From assembly GCA_964016885.1 (NCBI GenBank), contig OZ024745.1, positions 26,288,001-26,352,000 of the forward strand: 64,000 nt of DNA, written 5' to 3'. Positions 14,649 through 26,399 of the stretch are shown here, in pieces. Numbering within the stretch: the first letter of the stretch is position 1; each line of letters opens with the position of its first letter. This DNA comes from Eledone cirrhosa (Eukaryota). Below the pieces are notes generated by a model. The model worked only from the letters and a program-made list of their open reading frames with translations, ran no database searches and had not been told where the DNA came from. Both the position numbers and the translations under genes were made by a program.

Positions 14649-14862
14649 GTATATATATATTTATATATGTATATGTATATGTATATATATATATATATAA
14701 ATATATATATATATGTATATATGTATGTATATATATATATAAATATATATATATATGTATATATGTATGTATATATATATGTATATATATATATATATAA
14801 ATATATATATATATGTATATATGTATGTATATATATATGTATATATATATATATATAAATAT

Positions 14863-17562
14863 ATTGGAATAAATGCTCTGAAATAGCGATATATATGTGA
14901 ATATAGACATAGAATATTCGAAAATATTCTGTATGTTTATAATAAACATTTTGAAGACCTAATCGCTATAGAATAGAATACGTCACGTATTACAATTAGA
15001 TTCTCGACAAAAGCAAGGGAAGTAATCTACGCGTTTCATTCTTGTTAGAATTCATCAGGACTACATATCCAGTGCTTTTATCGAGAATGACACAGCTAGA
15101 GACTTATAGAATACTTAGCTGTGTACAGGAACTGGTTTGAAAGAGCGGTTGCCGGTCCGGCAGAAATTAGAAATTGGAATAAATGCTCTGAAATAGCGAT
15201 ATATATGTGAATATAGACATAGAATATTCGAAAATATTCTGTATGTTTATAATAAACATTTTGAAGACCTAATCGCTATAGAATAGAATACGTCACGTAT
15301 TACAATTAGATTCTCGACAAAAGCAAGGGAAGTAATCTACGCGTTTCATTCTTGTTAGAATTCATCAGGACTACATATCCAGTGCTTTTATCGAGAATGA
15401 CACAGCTAGAGACTTATAGAATACTTAGCTGTGTACAGGAACTGGTTTGAAAGAGCGGTTGCCGGTCCGGCAGAAATTAGAAATTGGAATAAATGCTCTG
15501 AAATAGCGATATATATGTGAATATAGACATAGAATATTCGAAAATATTCTGTATGTTTATAATAAACATTTTGAAGACCTAATCGCTATAGAATAGAATA
15601 CGTCACGTATTACAATTAGATTCTCGACAAAAGCAAGGGAAGTAATCTACGCGTTTCATTCTTGTTAGAATTCATCAGGACTACATATCCAGTGCTTTTA
15701 TCGAGAATGACACAGCTAGAGACTTATAGAATACTTAGCTGTGTACAGGAACTGGTTTGAAAGAGCGGTTGCCGGTCCGGCAGAAATTAGAAATTGGAAT
15801 AAATGCTCTGAAATAGCGATATATATGTGAATATAGACATAGAATATTCGAAAATATTCTGTATGTTTATAATAAACATTTTGAAGACCTAATCGCTATA
15901 GAATAGAATACGTCACGTATTACAATTAGATTCTCGACAAAAGCAAGGGAAGTAATCTACGCGTTTCATTCTTGTTAGAATTCATCAGGACTACATATCC
16001 AGTGCTTTTATCGAGAATGACACAGCTAGAGACTTATAGAATACTTAGCTGTGTACAGGAACTGGTTTGAAAGAGCGGTTGCCGGTCCGGCAGAAATTAG
16101 AAATTGGAATAAATGCTCTGAAATAGCGATATATATGTGAATATAGACATAGAATATTCGAAAATATTCTGTATGTTTATAATAAACATTTTGAAGACCT
16201 AATCGCTATAGAATAGAATACGTCACGTATTACAATTAGATTCTCGACAAAAGCAAGGGAAGTAATCTACGCGTTTCATTCTTGTTAGAATTCATCAGGA
16301 CTACATATCCAGTGCTTTTATCGAGAATGACACAGCTAGAGACTTATAGAATACTTAGCTGTGTACAGGAACTGGTTTGAAAGAGCGGTTGCCGGTCCGG
16401 CAGAAATTAGAAATTGGAATAAATGCTCTGAAATAGCGATATATATGTGAATATAGACATAGAATATTCGAAAATATTCTGTATGTTTATAATAAACATT
16501 TTGAAGACCTAATCGCTATAGAATAGAATACGTCACGTATTACAATTAGATTCTCGACAAAAGCAAGGGAAGTAATCTACGCGTTTCATTCTTGTTAGAA
16601 TTCATCAGGACTACATATCCAGTGCTTTTATCGAGAATGACACAGCTAGAGACTTATAGAATACTTAGCTGTGTACAGGAACTGGTTTGAAAGAGCGGTT
16701 GCCGGTCCGGCAGAAATTAGAAATTGGAATAAATGCTCTGAAATAGCGATATATATGTGAATATAGACATAGAATATTCGAAAATATTCTGTATGTTTAT
16801 AATAAACATTTTGAAGACCTAATCGCTATAGAATAGAATACGTCACGTATTACAATTAGATTCTCGACAAAAGCAAGGGAAGTAATCTACGCGTTTCATT
16901 CTTGTTAGAATTCATCAGGACTACATATCCAGTGCTTTTATCGAGAATGACACAGCTAGAGACTTATAGAATACTTAGCTGTGTACAGGAACTGGTTTGA
17001 AAGAGCGGTTGCCGGTCCGGCAGAAATTAGAAATTGGAATAAATGCTCTGAAATAGCGATATATATGTGAATATAGACATAGAATATTCGAAAATATTCT
17101 GTATGTTTATAATAAACATTTTGAAGACCTAATCGCTATAGAATAGAATACGTCACGTATTACAATTAGATTCTCGACAAAAGCAAGGGAAGTAATCTAC
17201 GCGTTTCATTCTTGTTAGAATTCATCAGGACTACATATCCAGTGCTTTTATCGAGAATGACACAGCTAGAGACTTATAGAATACTTAGCTGTGTACAGGA
17301 ACTGGTTTGAAAGAGCGGTTGCCGGTCCGGCAGAAATTAGAAATTGGAATAAATGCTCTGAAATAGCGATATATATGTGAATATAGACATAGAATATTCG
17401 AAAATATTCTGTATGTTTATAATAAACATTTTGAAGACCTAATCGCTATAGAATAGAATACGTCACGTATTACAATTAGATTCTCGACAAAAGCAAGGGA
17501 AGTAATCTACGCGTTTCATTCTTGTTAGAATTCATCAGGACTACATATCCAGTGCTTTTATC
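14863..17562 (-). repeat. Tandem array of 310-bp hammerhead-containing units, left arm (~8.7 units); retrozyme-like
   Basis: aaatgctctg recurs at 14871, 15181, 15491 ... 17351 (period 310); units look identical by eye. Minus-strand hammerheads occupy 15022-15064 + 310n (n=0-8). Confidence 0.95.
15022..15064 (-). ncRNA. Minimal type I hammerhead ribozyme (first of 9 left-arm copies)
   Basis: Reverse complement of the motif at 17581-17623. Confidence 0.88.
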
Positions 17563-18992
17563 GATAAAAGCACTGGATATGTAGTCCTGATGAATTCTAA
17601 CAAGAATGAAACGCGTAGATTACTTCCCTTGCTTTTGTCGAGAATCTAATTGTAATACGTGACGTATTCTATTCTATAGCGATTAGGTCTTCAAAATGTT
17701 TATTATAAACATACAGAATATTTTCGAATATTCTATGTCTATATTCACATATATATCGCTATTTCAGAGCATTTATTCCAATTTCTAATTTCTGCCGGAC
17801 CGGCAACCGCTCTTTCAAACCAGTTCCTGTACACAGCTAAGTATTCTATAAGTCTCTAGCTGTGTCATTCTCGATAAAAGCACTGGATATGTAGTCCTGA
17901 TGAATTCTAACAAGAATGAAACGCGTAGATTACTTCCCTTGCTTTTGTCGAGAATCTAATTGTAATACGTGACGTATTCTATTCTATAGCGATTAGGTCT
18001 TCAAAATGTTTATTATAAACATACAGAATATTTTCGAATATTCTATGTCTATATTCACATATATATCGCTATTTCAGAGCATTTATTCCAATTTCTAATT
18101 TCTGCCGGACCGGCAACCGCTCTTTCAAACCAGTTCCTGTACACAGCTAAGTATTCTATAAGTCTCTAGCTGTGTCATTCTCGATAAAAGCACTGGATAT
18201 GTAGTCCTGATGAATTCTAACAAGAATGAAACGCGTAGATTACTTCCCTTGCTTTTGTCGAGAATCTAATTGTAATACGTGACGTATTCTATTCTATAGC
18301 GATTAGGTCTTCAAAATGTTTATTATAAACATACAGAATATTTTCGAATATTCTATGTCTATATTCACATATATATCGCTATTTCAGAGCATTTATTCCA
18401 ATTTCTAATTTCTGCCGGACCGGCAACCGCTCTTTCAAACCAGTTCCTGTACACAGCTAAGTATTCTATAAGTCTCTAGCTGTGTCATTCTCGATAAAAG
18501 CACTGGATATGTAGTCCTGATGAATTCTAACAAGAATGAAACGCGTAGATTACTTCCCTTGCTTTTGTCGAGAATCTAATTGTAATACGTGACGTATTCT
18601 ATTCTATAGCGATTAGGTCTTCAAAATGTTTATTATAAACATACAGAATATTTTCGAATATTCTATGTCTATATTCACATATATATCGCTATTTCAGAGC
18701 ATTTATTCCAATTTCTAATTTCTGCCGGACCGGCAACCGCTCTTTCAAACCAGTTCCTGTACACAGCTAAGTATTCTATAAGTCTCTAGCTGTGTCATTC
18801 TCGATAAAAGCACTGGATATGTAGTCCTGATGAATTCTAACAAGAATGAAACGCGTAGATTACTTCCCTTGCTTTTGTCGAGAATCTAATTGTAATACGT
18901 GACGTATTCTATTCTATAGCGATTAGGTCTTCAAAATGTTTATTATAAACATACAGAATATTTTCGAATATTCTATGTCTATATTCACATAT
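17563..18992 (+). repeat. Inverted right arm of the 310-bp array (~4.6 units)
   Basis: Spacer-less symmetry centre agtgcttttatc|gataaaagcact between 17562 and 17563. Hammerheads start at 17581, 17891, 18201, 18511 and 18821. Confidence 0.95.
17581..17623 (+). ncRNA. Minimal type I hammerhead ribozyme (first of 5 right-arm copies)
   Basis: gtagtc CTGATGA attct aaca agaat GAAA cgcg TA gattac. Stem I 6 bp (one G-U), stem II 5 bp, palindromic stem III ACGCGT; predicted cleavage after GUA (17617). Confidence 0.9.
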
Positions 18993-19080
18993 AAATATAT
19001 ATATACATATATATGTATATATATATGTATATATATATATATAAATATATATATACATATATATATGTATATATATATGT

Positions 19081-19111
<31 letters not shown>

Positions 19112-19141
19112 AATATATATATACATATATATATGTATATA

Positions 19142-19172
<31 letters not shown>

Positions 19173-19240
19173 GAATATATCAGGGGTGAAGGGTGCGTGC
19201 ATGCAGTGCATGCGTTATAGAATCTGGAGTTGATCAATTG

Positions 19241-19419
19241 CGTCTGTTGAAGCAAGCATAATTTTGGCTGCTTAATAAATCGCAGACACATAAAAAGATC
19301 ACACACACACACACACATACACACACATACACACACACACATACACACAAACACACGACATCGTCGGTTGAAGCAAGCATAATTTTGGCTGCTTACTAAA
19401 TCGTAGACACATAAAAAGA

Positions 19420-19471
<52 letters not shown>

Positions 19472-19473
19472 GC

Positions 19474-19531
<58 letters not shown>

Positions 19532-19593
19532 CATCGTCGGTTGAAGCAAGCAGAATTTTGGCTGCTTGCTAAATCGTAGACACATAAAAAGAT
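19241..19593. repeat. Three ~59-bp direct repeats separated by (CA)n
   Basis: cgtcggttgaagcaagcataattttggctgctt...agacacataaaaagat at 19241, 19362 and 19535. Confidence 0.85.
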
Positions 19594-19761
19594 AACACAC
19601 ACACACACAAGATAACACTACATGCGGCTTTGACCGGAAGGGTCATTTAGAGGGTATTGAGAGGGTATTGAGAGGGTAAGGCTGCAAAGCTCCACTTTCC
19701 GTCATGGCGATTTGACTGCAGGCCCTGCTTTCCAGGTTACCCTTCGCAACTGGTATATATG

Positions 19762-19815
<54 letters not shown>

Positions 19816-19818
<3 letters not shown>

Positions 19819-19944
19819 TCAGGAATCTCAAGAATGAAACAGTTCTAGTCCTGTAGAATCTCATCTATATTAAAACTGTTATACTCTGCTATGTATTGAG
19901 TACCTTACTTACTGTGGTTACTTCCGATTCAACCCGGAATAACG
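19816..19944 (+). mobile_element. Small element with a hammerhead split by an inversion
   Basis: Minus 19816-19829 reads gagattcCTGATGA; plus 19829-19862 reads caagaatGAAAcag...ctgTAgaatctc. Flanked by (TA)n. Confidence 0.55.
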
Positions 19945-19959
19945 TATATATATATATAC

Positions 19960-22253
19960 AACAAATAGATGACGAGACAGAGGCACAGTTCACCATAGCT
20001 AGAAATAAGATTAGACAAATAGTAGACAGGTATACTAAGAGACAGAGCAGACCAGAGGCCCAACAACTTGGGAGGAAACCTGTAGAAGGCTTGGTTAGCC
20101 ACAAGCAGCGCACAAGGGATGGTGAGGTAGTATGTCTACCCACGGATAAGCCTGGTAGGATGTCAATAGATAGCATGCCGAACTACATCGAGGCTATGCA
20201 ACCCCACATCACCAACACGAGCTAAATTGCACAACAAACACACGATGGGAGAGAGAAAATCCTCAACGCTCACATGATGATGTGGACTGACATCCTAAAG
20301 CCAAGCAGACGCACTGCCAACAACTTCAAGGCGTCTAACAATGGCATACCACCCTTGTATGGGCTCCGCAAAGACCACAAGACAGTCGACAACCCGACAA
20401 CAGGACCACCAACAAGACCCGTATGCGGAGCTAATATAGCTAGAAACTACAGGATCTCCTACTTCCTCTCAATGGTTATACGCCCCATAATCAAGATGTC
20501 CCCAGATGTATGTGACAGTACAGAGGACCTCCTCAGCAGAATCAGTGAGTGCAACAAAAACAGGAGCCTATCCAACTGCATAATAGGCAGCATGGATGTG
20601 GTGTCACTGTACCCATCCATTAACATTGATTTTGCTGTGAAAAGATGTGTGGAGATGATCATTGAGAGTGAGGTGGAGTTCTGCGACGTCGACACAGACG
20701 AACTGGGCCTCCTACTTAGACTTACCTACGACACTGACTACCTAGACAGCCATGACCTTAGATGTTTCTGCCCTAGTAGACCTATAAGAGGTAGACCCCC
20801 CACCATAATCTCAATGGCAAAAAAGACTCCCATGGGAAGGTGGATTGGGTGGACCAAAGCTATACGGACCCCCAAAACAATGATCAGGTAAGAAAAATGG
20901 TCGCACATGCAATAGGGGCTAGTATCAAAACTACCCTAAAGGGCCACATATTTAAGTTCAACGAGAAAATCTACACCCAAAATGAGGGAGCAGCCATCGG
21001 CGTCAGCATAGCTGGTGATGTTGCCAACCTTTTCATGGTATGGTGGGAAAGTAGGACTTAAAGATCTCCTTAATGAGAGCTCCATAGACCTCATCATGTA
21101 CTCTCGTTATGTAGACGATATCAATATAGTTATAAGAACACCCCCACTAGAGAGCACTAACAAGTTTTATTTAGAACGTAGCACGATGGAAAGCATCCAG
21201 CAGATAGCTAATTCCATACACCAGAGTATAACTGTAACTATCGACTTCCCTTCCAAACACTCTAACAATAGACTACCTGTATTAGACACAGAACTCTGGA
21301 TTAACACTATAGACGAGAGAGCCCAAATTCTCCACTCACACTATGCTAAACCCATGGCCTCCAAATACCTGATATTCAAAAACTCAGCAATGTCCAGTAG
21401 TGCTAAGTTTAATATTCTGATCGCAGATTTGGTACGAGTGATGAAGAATGTGTCCCGCATGTGCGACCCAACAGAAATGGAAAGACACATCCAACACTTC
21501 ATCAACCGCATGCAGTTCTCTGGCTACAACCAAAGAGACAGAGTCAGAGTATACGAAGGAGCCATGGAAAAGTATAAGACCCTCATAGAACTGGACATGA
21601 AAGGAATTTGCCCATTATACAGGAGCAAATCATGGAATAGCTTAGATAGGGCTAGACATAAGATAGGGAAAGCCACCTCATGGTACGACAACCAGAGATA
21701 CCAGAGTGTCATGTTTGTGGACGCCACCCCTGGAGGGAAATTAGCTAACCAGTGTAGAAAGGCCCTGAGAAAGACCCACTTAAAAATAAAGGTGGTAGAA
21801 AAGCCAGGAACCACCATAAAATCCCTGATCAGCAAAACCTACCCTTTTAAGAAAACCCATTGTACCAATAGGAAATGTATCATATGTAAGGTGAACCCCC
21901 GGATAAACTGTAAAACTAGAAACGTAGTCTATAGCATAAGATGTACAAAGGGTACTTGCAGAAACATGACAACAACATACATAGGTGAGACAGCTCGTAG
22001 CATAGGTGAAAGGATAGACCAACACTGGGGGGAACTAAAAGGACTAAAAAACGGGTCAGTACTATACGAACATGCTAGACAACAACATGACGGTGACATA
22101 GACAACATAGAAATTAGAATAATATCTAAACATAGAAATGACCCAGCAGATTGGCAAATCATAGAGGCCAGTGAAATAGAAATTAGAAGACCAAGGCTAA
22201 ACAGAAAGAATGAATGGAATAACACAACACCCAAAAAAACAACACTGACCTAA
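19960..22253 (+). pseudogene. PLE reverse transcriptase + C-terminal GIY-YIG endonuclease (stop at ~20223, frameshifts at ~20875 and ~21045)
   Basis: PTDKPGR, LYGLRKDHK, RPVC, SMDVVSLYPSI, YTQNEGAAIG, RYVDDI, LPVLD; Cys linker CTNRKCIIC; VVYSIRC...YIGETARSIGERI..H...E...LN. Confidence 0.9.
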
Positions 22254-22503
22254 GAGAAGTATAAATAAGTAAATAAAATAAAATAAATAAATAAATAAAT
22301 ACATACACAAGCACAATAACAACAAGCACATAAACACACACTAGTCACCCATCACACAGCAAACAAAACACTATACACACACGCAAACGCATGCGCAAAG
22401 AAGACAAAATAAAATGAACAAACAAGCAAATAAATAAATAAATATATAGACAGACTGAATAAAAATGGCGTAGACATACAACACAACAGGAGGAAAATAT
22501 AAC

Positions 22504-22545
22504 ACCACTGACGATGTTGCAGATGTGCAACGAAAGATTTATGAT
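22504..22545 (+). ncRNA. Minimal hammerhead-like motif in the PLE 3' region (slightly degenerate)
   Basis: acca CTGACGA t gttgca gatg tgcaac GAAA gatt TA tgat. Perfect 6-bp stem II; stem I has one mismatch. Confidence 0.7.
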
Positions 22546-22741
22546 AAACTATATATATGTGTTTGTGTCTTTATTGTATCTGTATTATTTTTGACCGTCG
22601 GTCAGTCAATGGCAACATTGAGGACCGAGCAAGTTAGATTACCGATATAAAAGACAGCGAGAAGCGAAAACCAACCAAACAGTGAGTGTGTTCTGTTATT
22701 AATTCTGGCAATATTACACAAATATGACCCTCCCCAAGTAT

Positions 22742-22891
<150 letters not shown>

Positions 22892-23175
22892 GTTTAATAC
22901 ATTATGATAAATACACACGTATATATATATCTCATTGAATGTATGCACGATGTAAGCGTATGTAGGTACATACATATATTTATAGATACATTCAAACTTA
23001 CACATAAGTATTCTCTATTATGAGTATATATAGACTAACCAACTTTTATACATATACATGGATACATTCACAGATAAACATATATCTTTTTAACAAGCAT
23101 GGGTTTATATAATAGATTATGCATGTAAACACATACACATACCTAGATTCATCTATTGAATCATATACACAAAGA

Positions 23176-23215
<40 letters not shown>

Positions 23216-23356
23216 AAGTACATGCATCTTAGTGCATATGATTCAATAGAACTGCATTGGTCCTTTCCAGGAGCTATGTTGAAAAATAAACTTCATTTAG
23301 TCATTCCAATAGAGTATCTTGGTCAGGCTATGAACTTTTCAGCCGACCCTCCTATA

Positions 23357-23438
23357 TATATATATATGAAAAGAGTCAAGCCACCGAAGGCTGAGCACCG
23401 GCCGTTTCGACAACTTGATCCGAACTCACTTCGGATCT
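23357..23438 (-). repeat. Short (TA)-flanked repeat family 'cgaaacggccggagctcagccgtc'
   Basis: Homologous copies on + at ~49305-49365 and ~52825-52887. Confidence 0.7.
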
Positions 23439-23615
23439 ATATATAATATATACAAGAAAGTAGTACAGAATTTGGGCAAGCTAACGTATGCTGTCGAGAA
23501 GTGCAGCCAAAAGCACTCAATAAAGAATTTTACCTTAGAGTTATAACATTACGTTTAGACAGCTATGCAAATTGAAGCCAGCGACCGAAAAGCGAGCCGC
23601 TAGGAACAGAACAAC

Positions 23616-23716
<101 letters not shown>

Positions 23717-23741
23717 CGAATATATATATATATATATATGC

Positions 23742-24030
23742 TATTAGGATTTGTGCTCTGAAATAGCGATGTATACATGAATGTATGTATAGTATATTTG
23801 GCAATATACCGTATAAGTTTAATTAAAAATATTTAGAAGACCATACGCTATCGACTTTTAAAGTAGTGACTATGTCACTTACTTATTTTCGGCGAAAGAA
23901 AGGAGAGAAGCTGACAGTATGTTTCACGCTGCTTGGCGATCATCAGAGCCACGCACCCCCTGCTTCCGTCGAAAATTTTAACTTTTTAATTAAACACATG
24001 GTATATTGCCAAATATACTATGCATACATT
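23742..24030 (-). mobile_element. Fold-back element related to the 310-bp unit, with hammerhead
   Basis: Shares gctctgaaatagcgat and atttagaagaccatacgctat-like blocks with the array unit; inverted copy at 23985-24030; (TA)n on both sides. Confidence 0.75.
23910..23949 (-). ncRNA. Minimal type I hammerhead motif
   Basis: Minus strand: gct CTGATGA t cgc caagca gcg t GAAA ca tac tg TC agc (GUC triplet). Confidence 0.7.
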
Positions 24031-24036
24031 TATATA

Positions 24037-24108
<72 letters not shown>

Positions 24109-24227
24109 GGTTAACTGAGAGAGTGACTGGCAGAGGGGGTAAAAAGAAAGTGAGAGATACAGAGAAAGGGGAAGCAGTAAAAAAGAATCAGACGGGTCAC
24201 AGCGGAGGAAAATATATAAATATACGA

Positions 24228-24668
24228 AAAAATGGCGTGCTGCGTGGTTGCAAATGGGTTACATATGAATACTCTCTCACACTTTCACTCACTCGCTCTC
24301 TTCTACTCCCTCTCCATCACTTCCTCCCGTTTGACCTGTGCGAAATCCTTTCCTCGCTCACATTTCAACCAGGTTGGATGGTCTTTTTTCTCTCGTCTAC
24401 GATTTGCGGAACTTATGTTCATCGATTTCAGGGACTTGACTCCTTCTTTCTCACTTATCGTTGCATTACCATCTTTGTCTGTTTGTTTACTGTCTCGTTC
24501 GTTCCCCCTAATTACCTGTCCCAACGACTTTCTTTAGCCGTTGCTCGCACCAACAAGAGCTATATGATCTTTAAATCGATGAAATACCAATGAAGGCTGG
24601 AAGATCACTGATGAAGGACTAATTTTATTCATATTTAACCCATTTGCAACGACGCAGCACGCCATTTT
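24228..24668. mobile_element. Element with ~42-bp inverted ends in TA-rich flanks
   Basis: aaaatggcgtgctgcgtggttgcaaatgggttacatatgaata / tattcatatttaacccatttgcaacgacgcagcacgccatttt. Confidence 0.65.
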
Positions 24669-25271
24669 ATATATATATATATAAATATATGAGATGTGAG
24701 AAAAACCACAGACCCTCCATCTCAACTCTACTTTTGAAAAGCAGAAGAACTGCGAAACCGGTAAAGGAACCAAATAAATATATATATTTTTTTAAAAATA
24801 AGACTCCAGTTGCAATTTAGATTTCATCTTTTTTTTCTCTCTATATATATACATAAATCAACATATAGAGAGAAGTACAAATGTGTGTTTTCTTAGTTAT
24901 CTGATATGTACTTTTTTTTAAAGTGTTGATCGTATTGCTAGGCCTCCGCCAATCAACTTCATTTACAATATGCGTTCTTCACTTTTTATAGCGAATCATA
25001 CTCTTATTTAAGCATGTCCCGGTGTTATTGTTATAATTGGATGATTAGTACACTTTAATATATTCTTTTTTCTTTTATTTGTATTCACCATTCCTTCCGT
25101 AGGTAATACGTTCGTCACTAATGGTTTCTAACCCCCTATGATTGAACATATACCTCTATGTGTATTTCTCTCTATATGCTGATTCATAAAGAGCCCAGAA
25201 TCTATTCCTTTTGCTCATTAAATTATAGGGGATTAATGTGAGTTTTTAATTCCGTCGTTTTTTAATTTGAC

Positions 25272-25386
<115 letters not shown>

Positions 25387-25557
25387 GGTAGGAAGCCGTA
25401 GATGAAAGTTAGAGGAAAACAGTGCTCAATCTGTTAGACGAGAGCTTATTTAGTATAAACAAAGTTTTATGTACTTAACATGTGTGTGCTACCATTGGTT
25501 TCGGGGAGCAGTCATGGCTACCACGGTACTTTTAAACTGGGCCTTCATTCAGAGAAA

Positions 25558-25623
<66 letters not shown>

Positions 25624-26399
25624 TAGAGTAAAGAAGAGAAGAGGAGTGGAGAAAAGCGAGAGTGAGGTCAAAGGAGCAAAATATTTCTTTTCTTTGAGAT
25701 GTATGTTAGAATTTATATTAGTTCCCAGTAGTATATTTGAACGCAGAACAGTCATCTACAAAACTCCAGACAATAAAACCATCCACCGTTGCCTTGTCTA
25801 TATCTTCTGTTCTTTAATTATCATAAAAAAATATCAATAGTGACATAAAAGAAATCAAACAAAAAAATAACATAAGTATCATCATCATCATCATCGTTGT
25901 CGTCTTTTTCATCATTATCATTTTTATCAAAATGGCATCATGATGAACAACATGTTATAAAACAAACATCATGTTCTCCTCAAAAAGAACATCAGGAAAA
26001 TCAACGAATTAAACAACAACATTAACAATAAGAAAAATTCAACGTCAACAACATTATCAATTGAAAAATAAATCTAAAAAAACATTATATAAAAGTAAAA
26101 ACTATTAACACCACAACAAATCCTAAGACTAACAAGAATATTCACCAAAGATTTCTCGCCTGAAAGCTTCACCAACAAAAGTGACGATTGTCTGTTTCTA
26201 AAGATAAATAACCGACAAGACACTAAAGTTTTCACATGAAGAGTTGTTGCCATTTTACCAGACATCACAAAAACCCATCTGCCTTGAAGGTGACTTAAAA
26301 TGGTAACTTAACATTCACTTAAAACTCTGCCAAACTATATTTCTTTATTTATTATGCCTAACTTATCTTTACTAAAATAATAGTTATTATTATTATTAG

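Noticed and set aside
14863-18992. CRISPR array or rDNA/tRNA gene cluster
   Set aside because: Units are identical with no unique spacers, no cas genes are present, the context is eukaryotic, and no tRNA or 5S features are visible.
19241-19593. Repeat-spacer pattern resembling CRISPR
   Set aside because: Spacers are pure (CA)n microsatellite and the repeat is too long.
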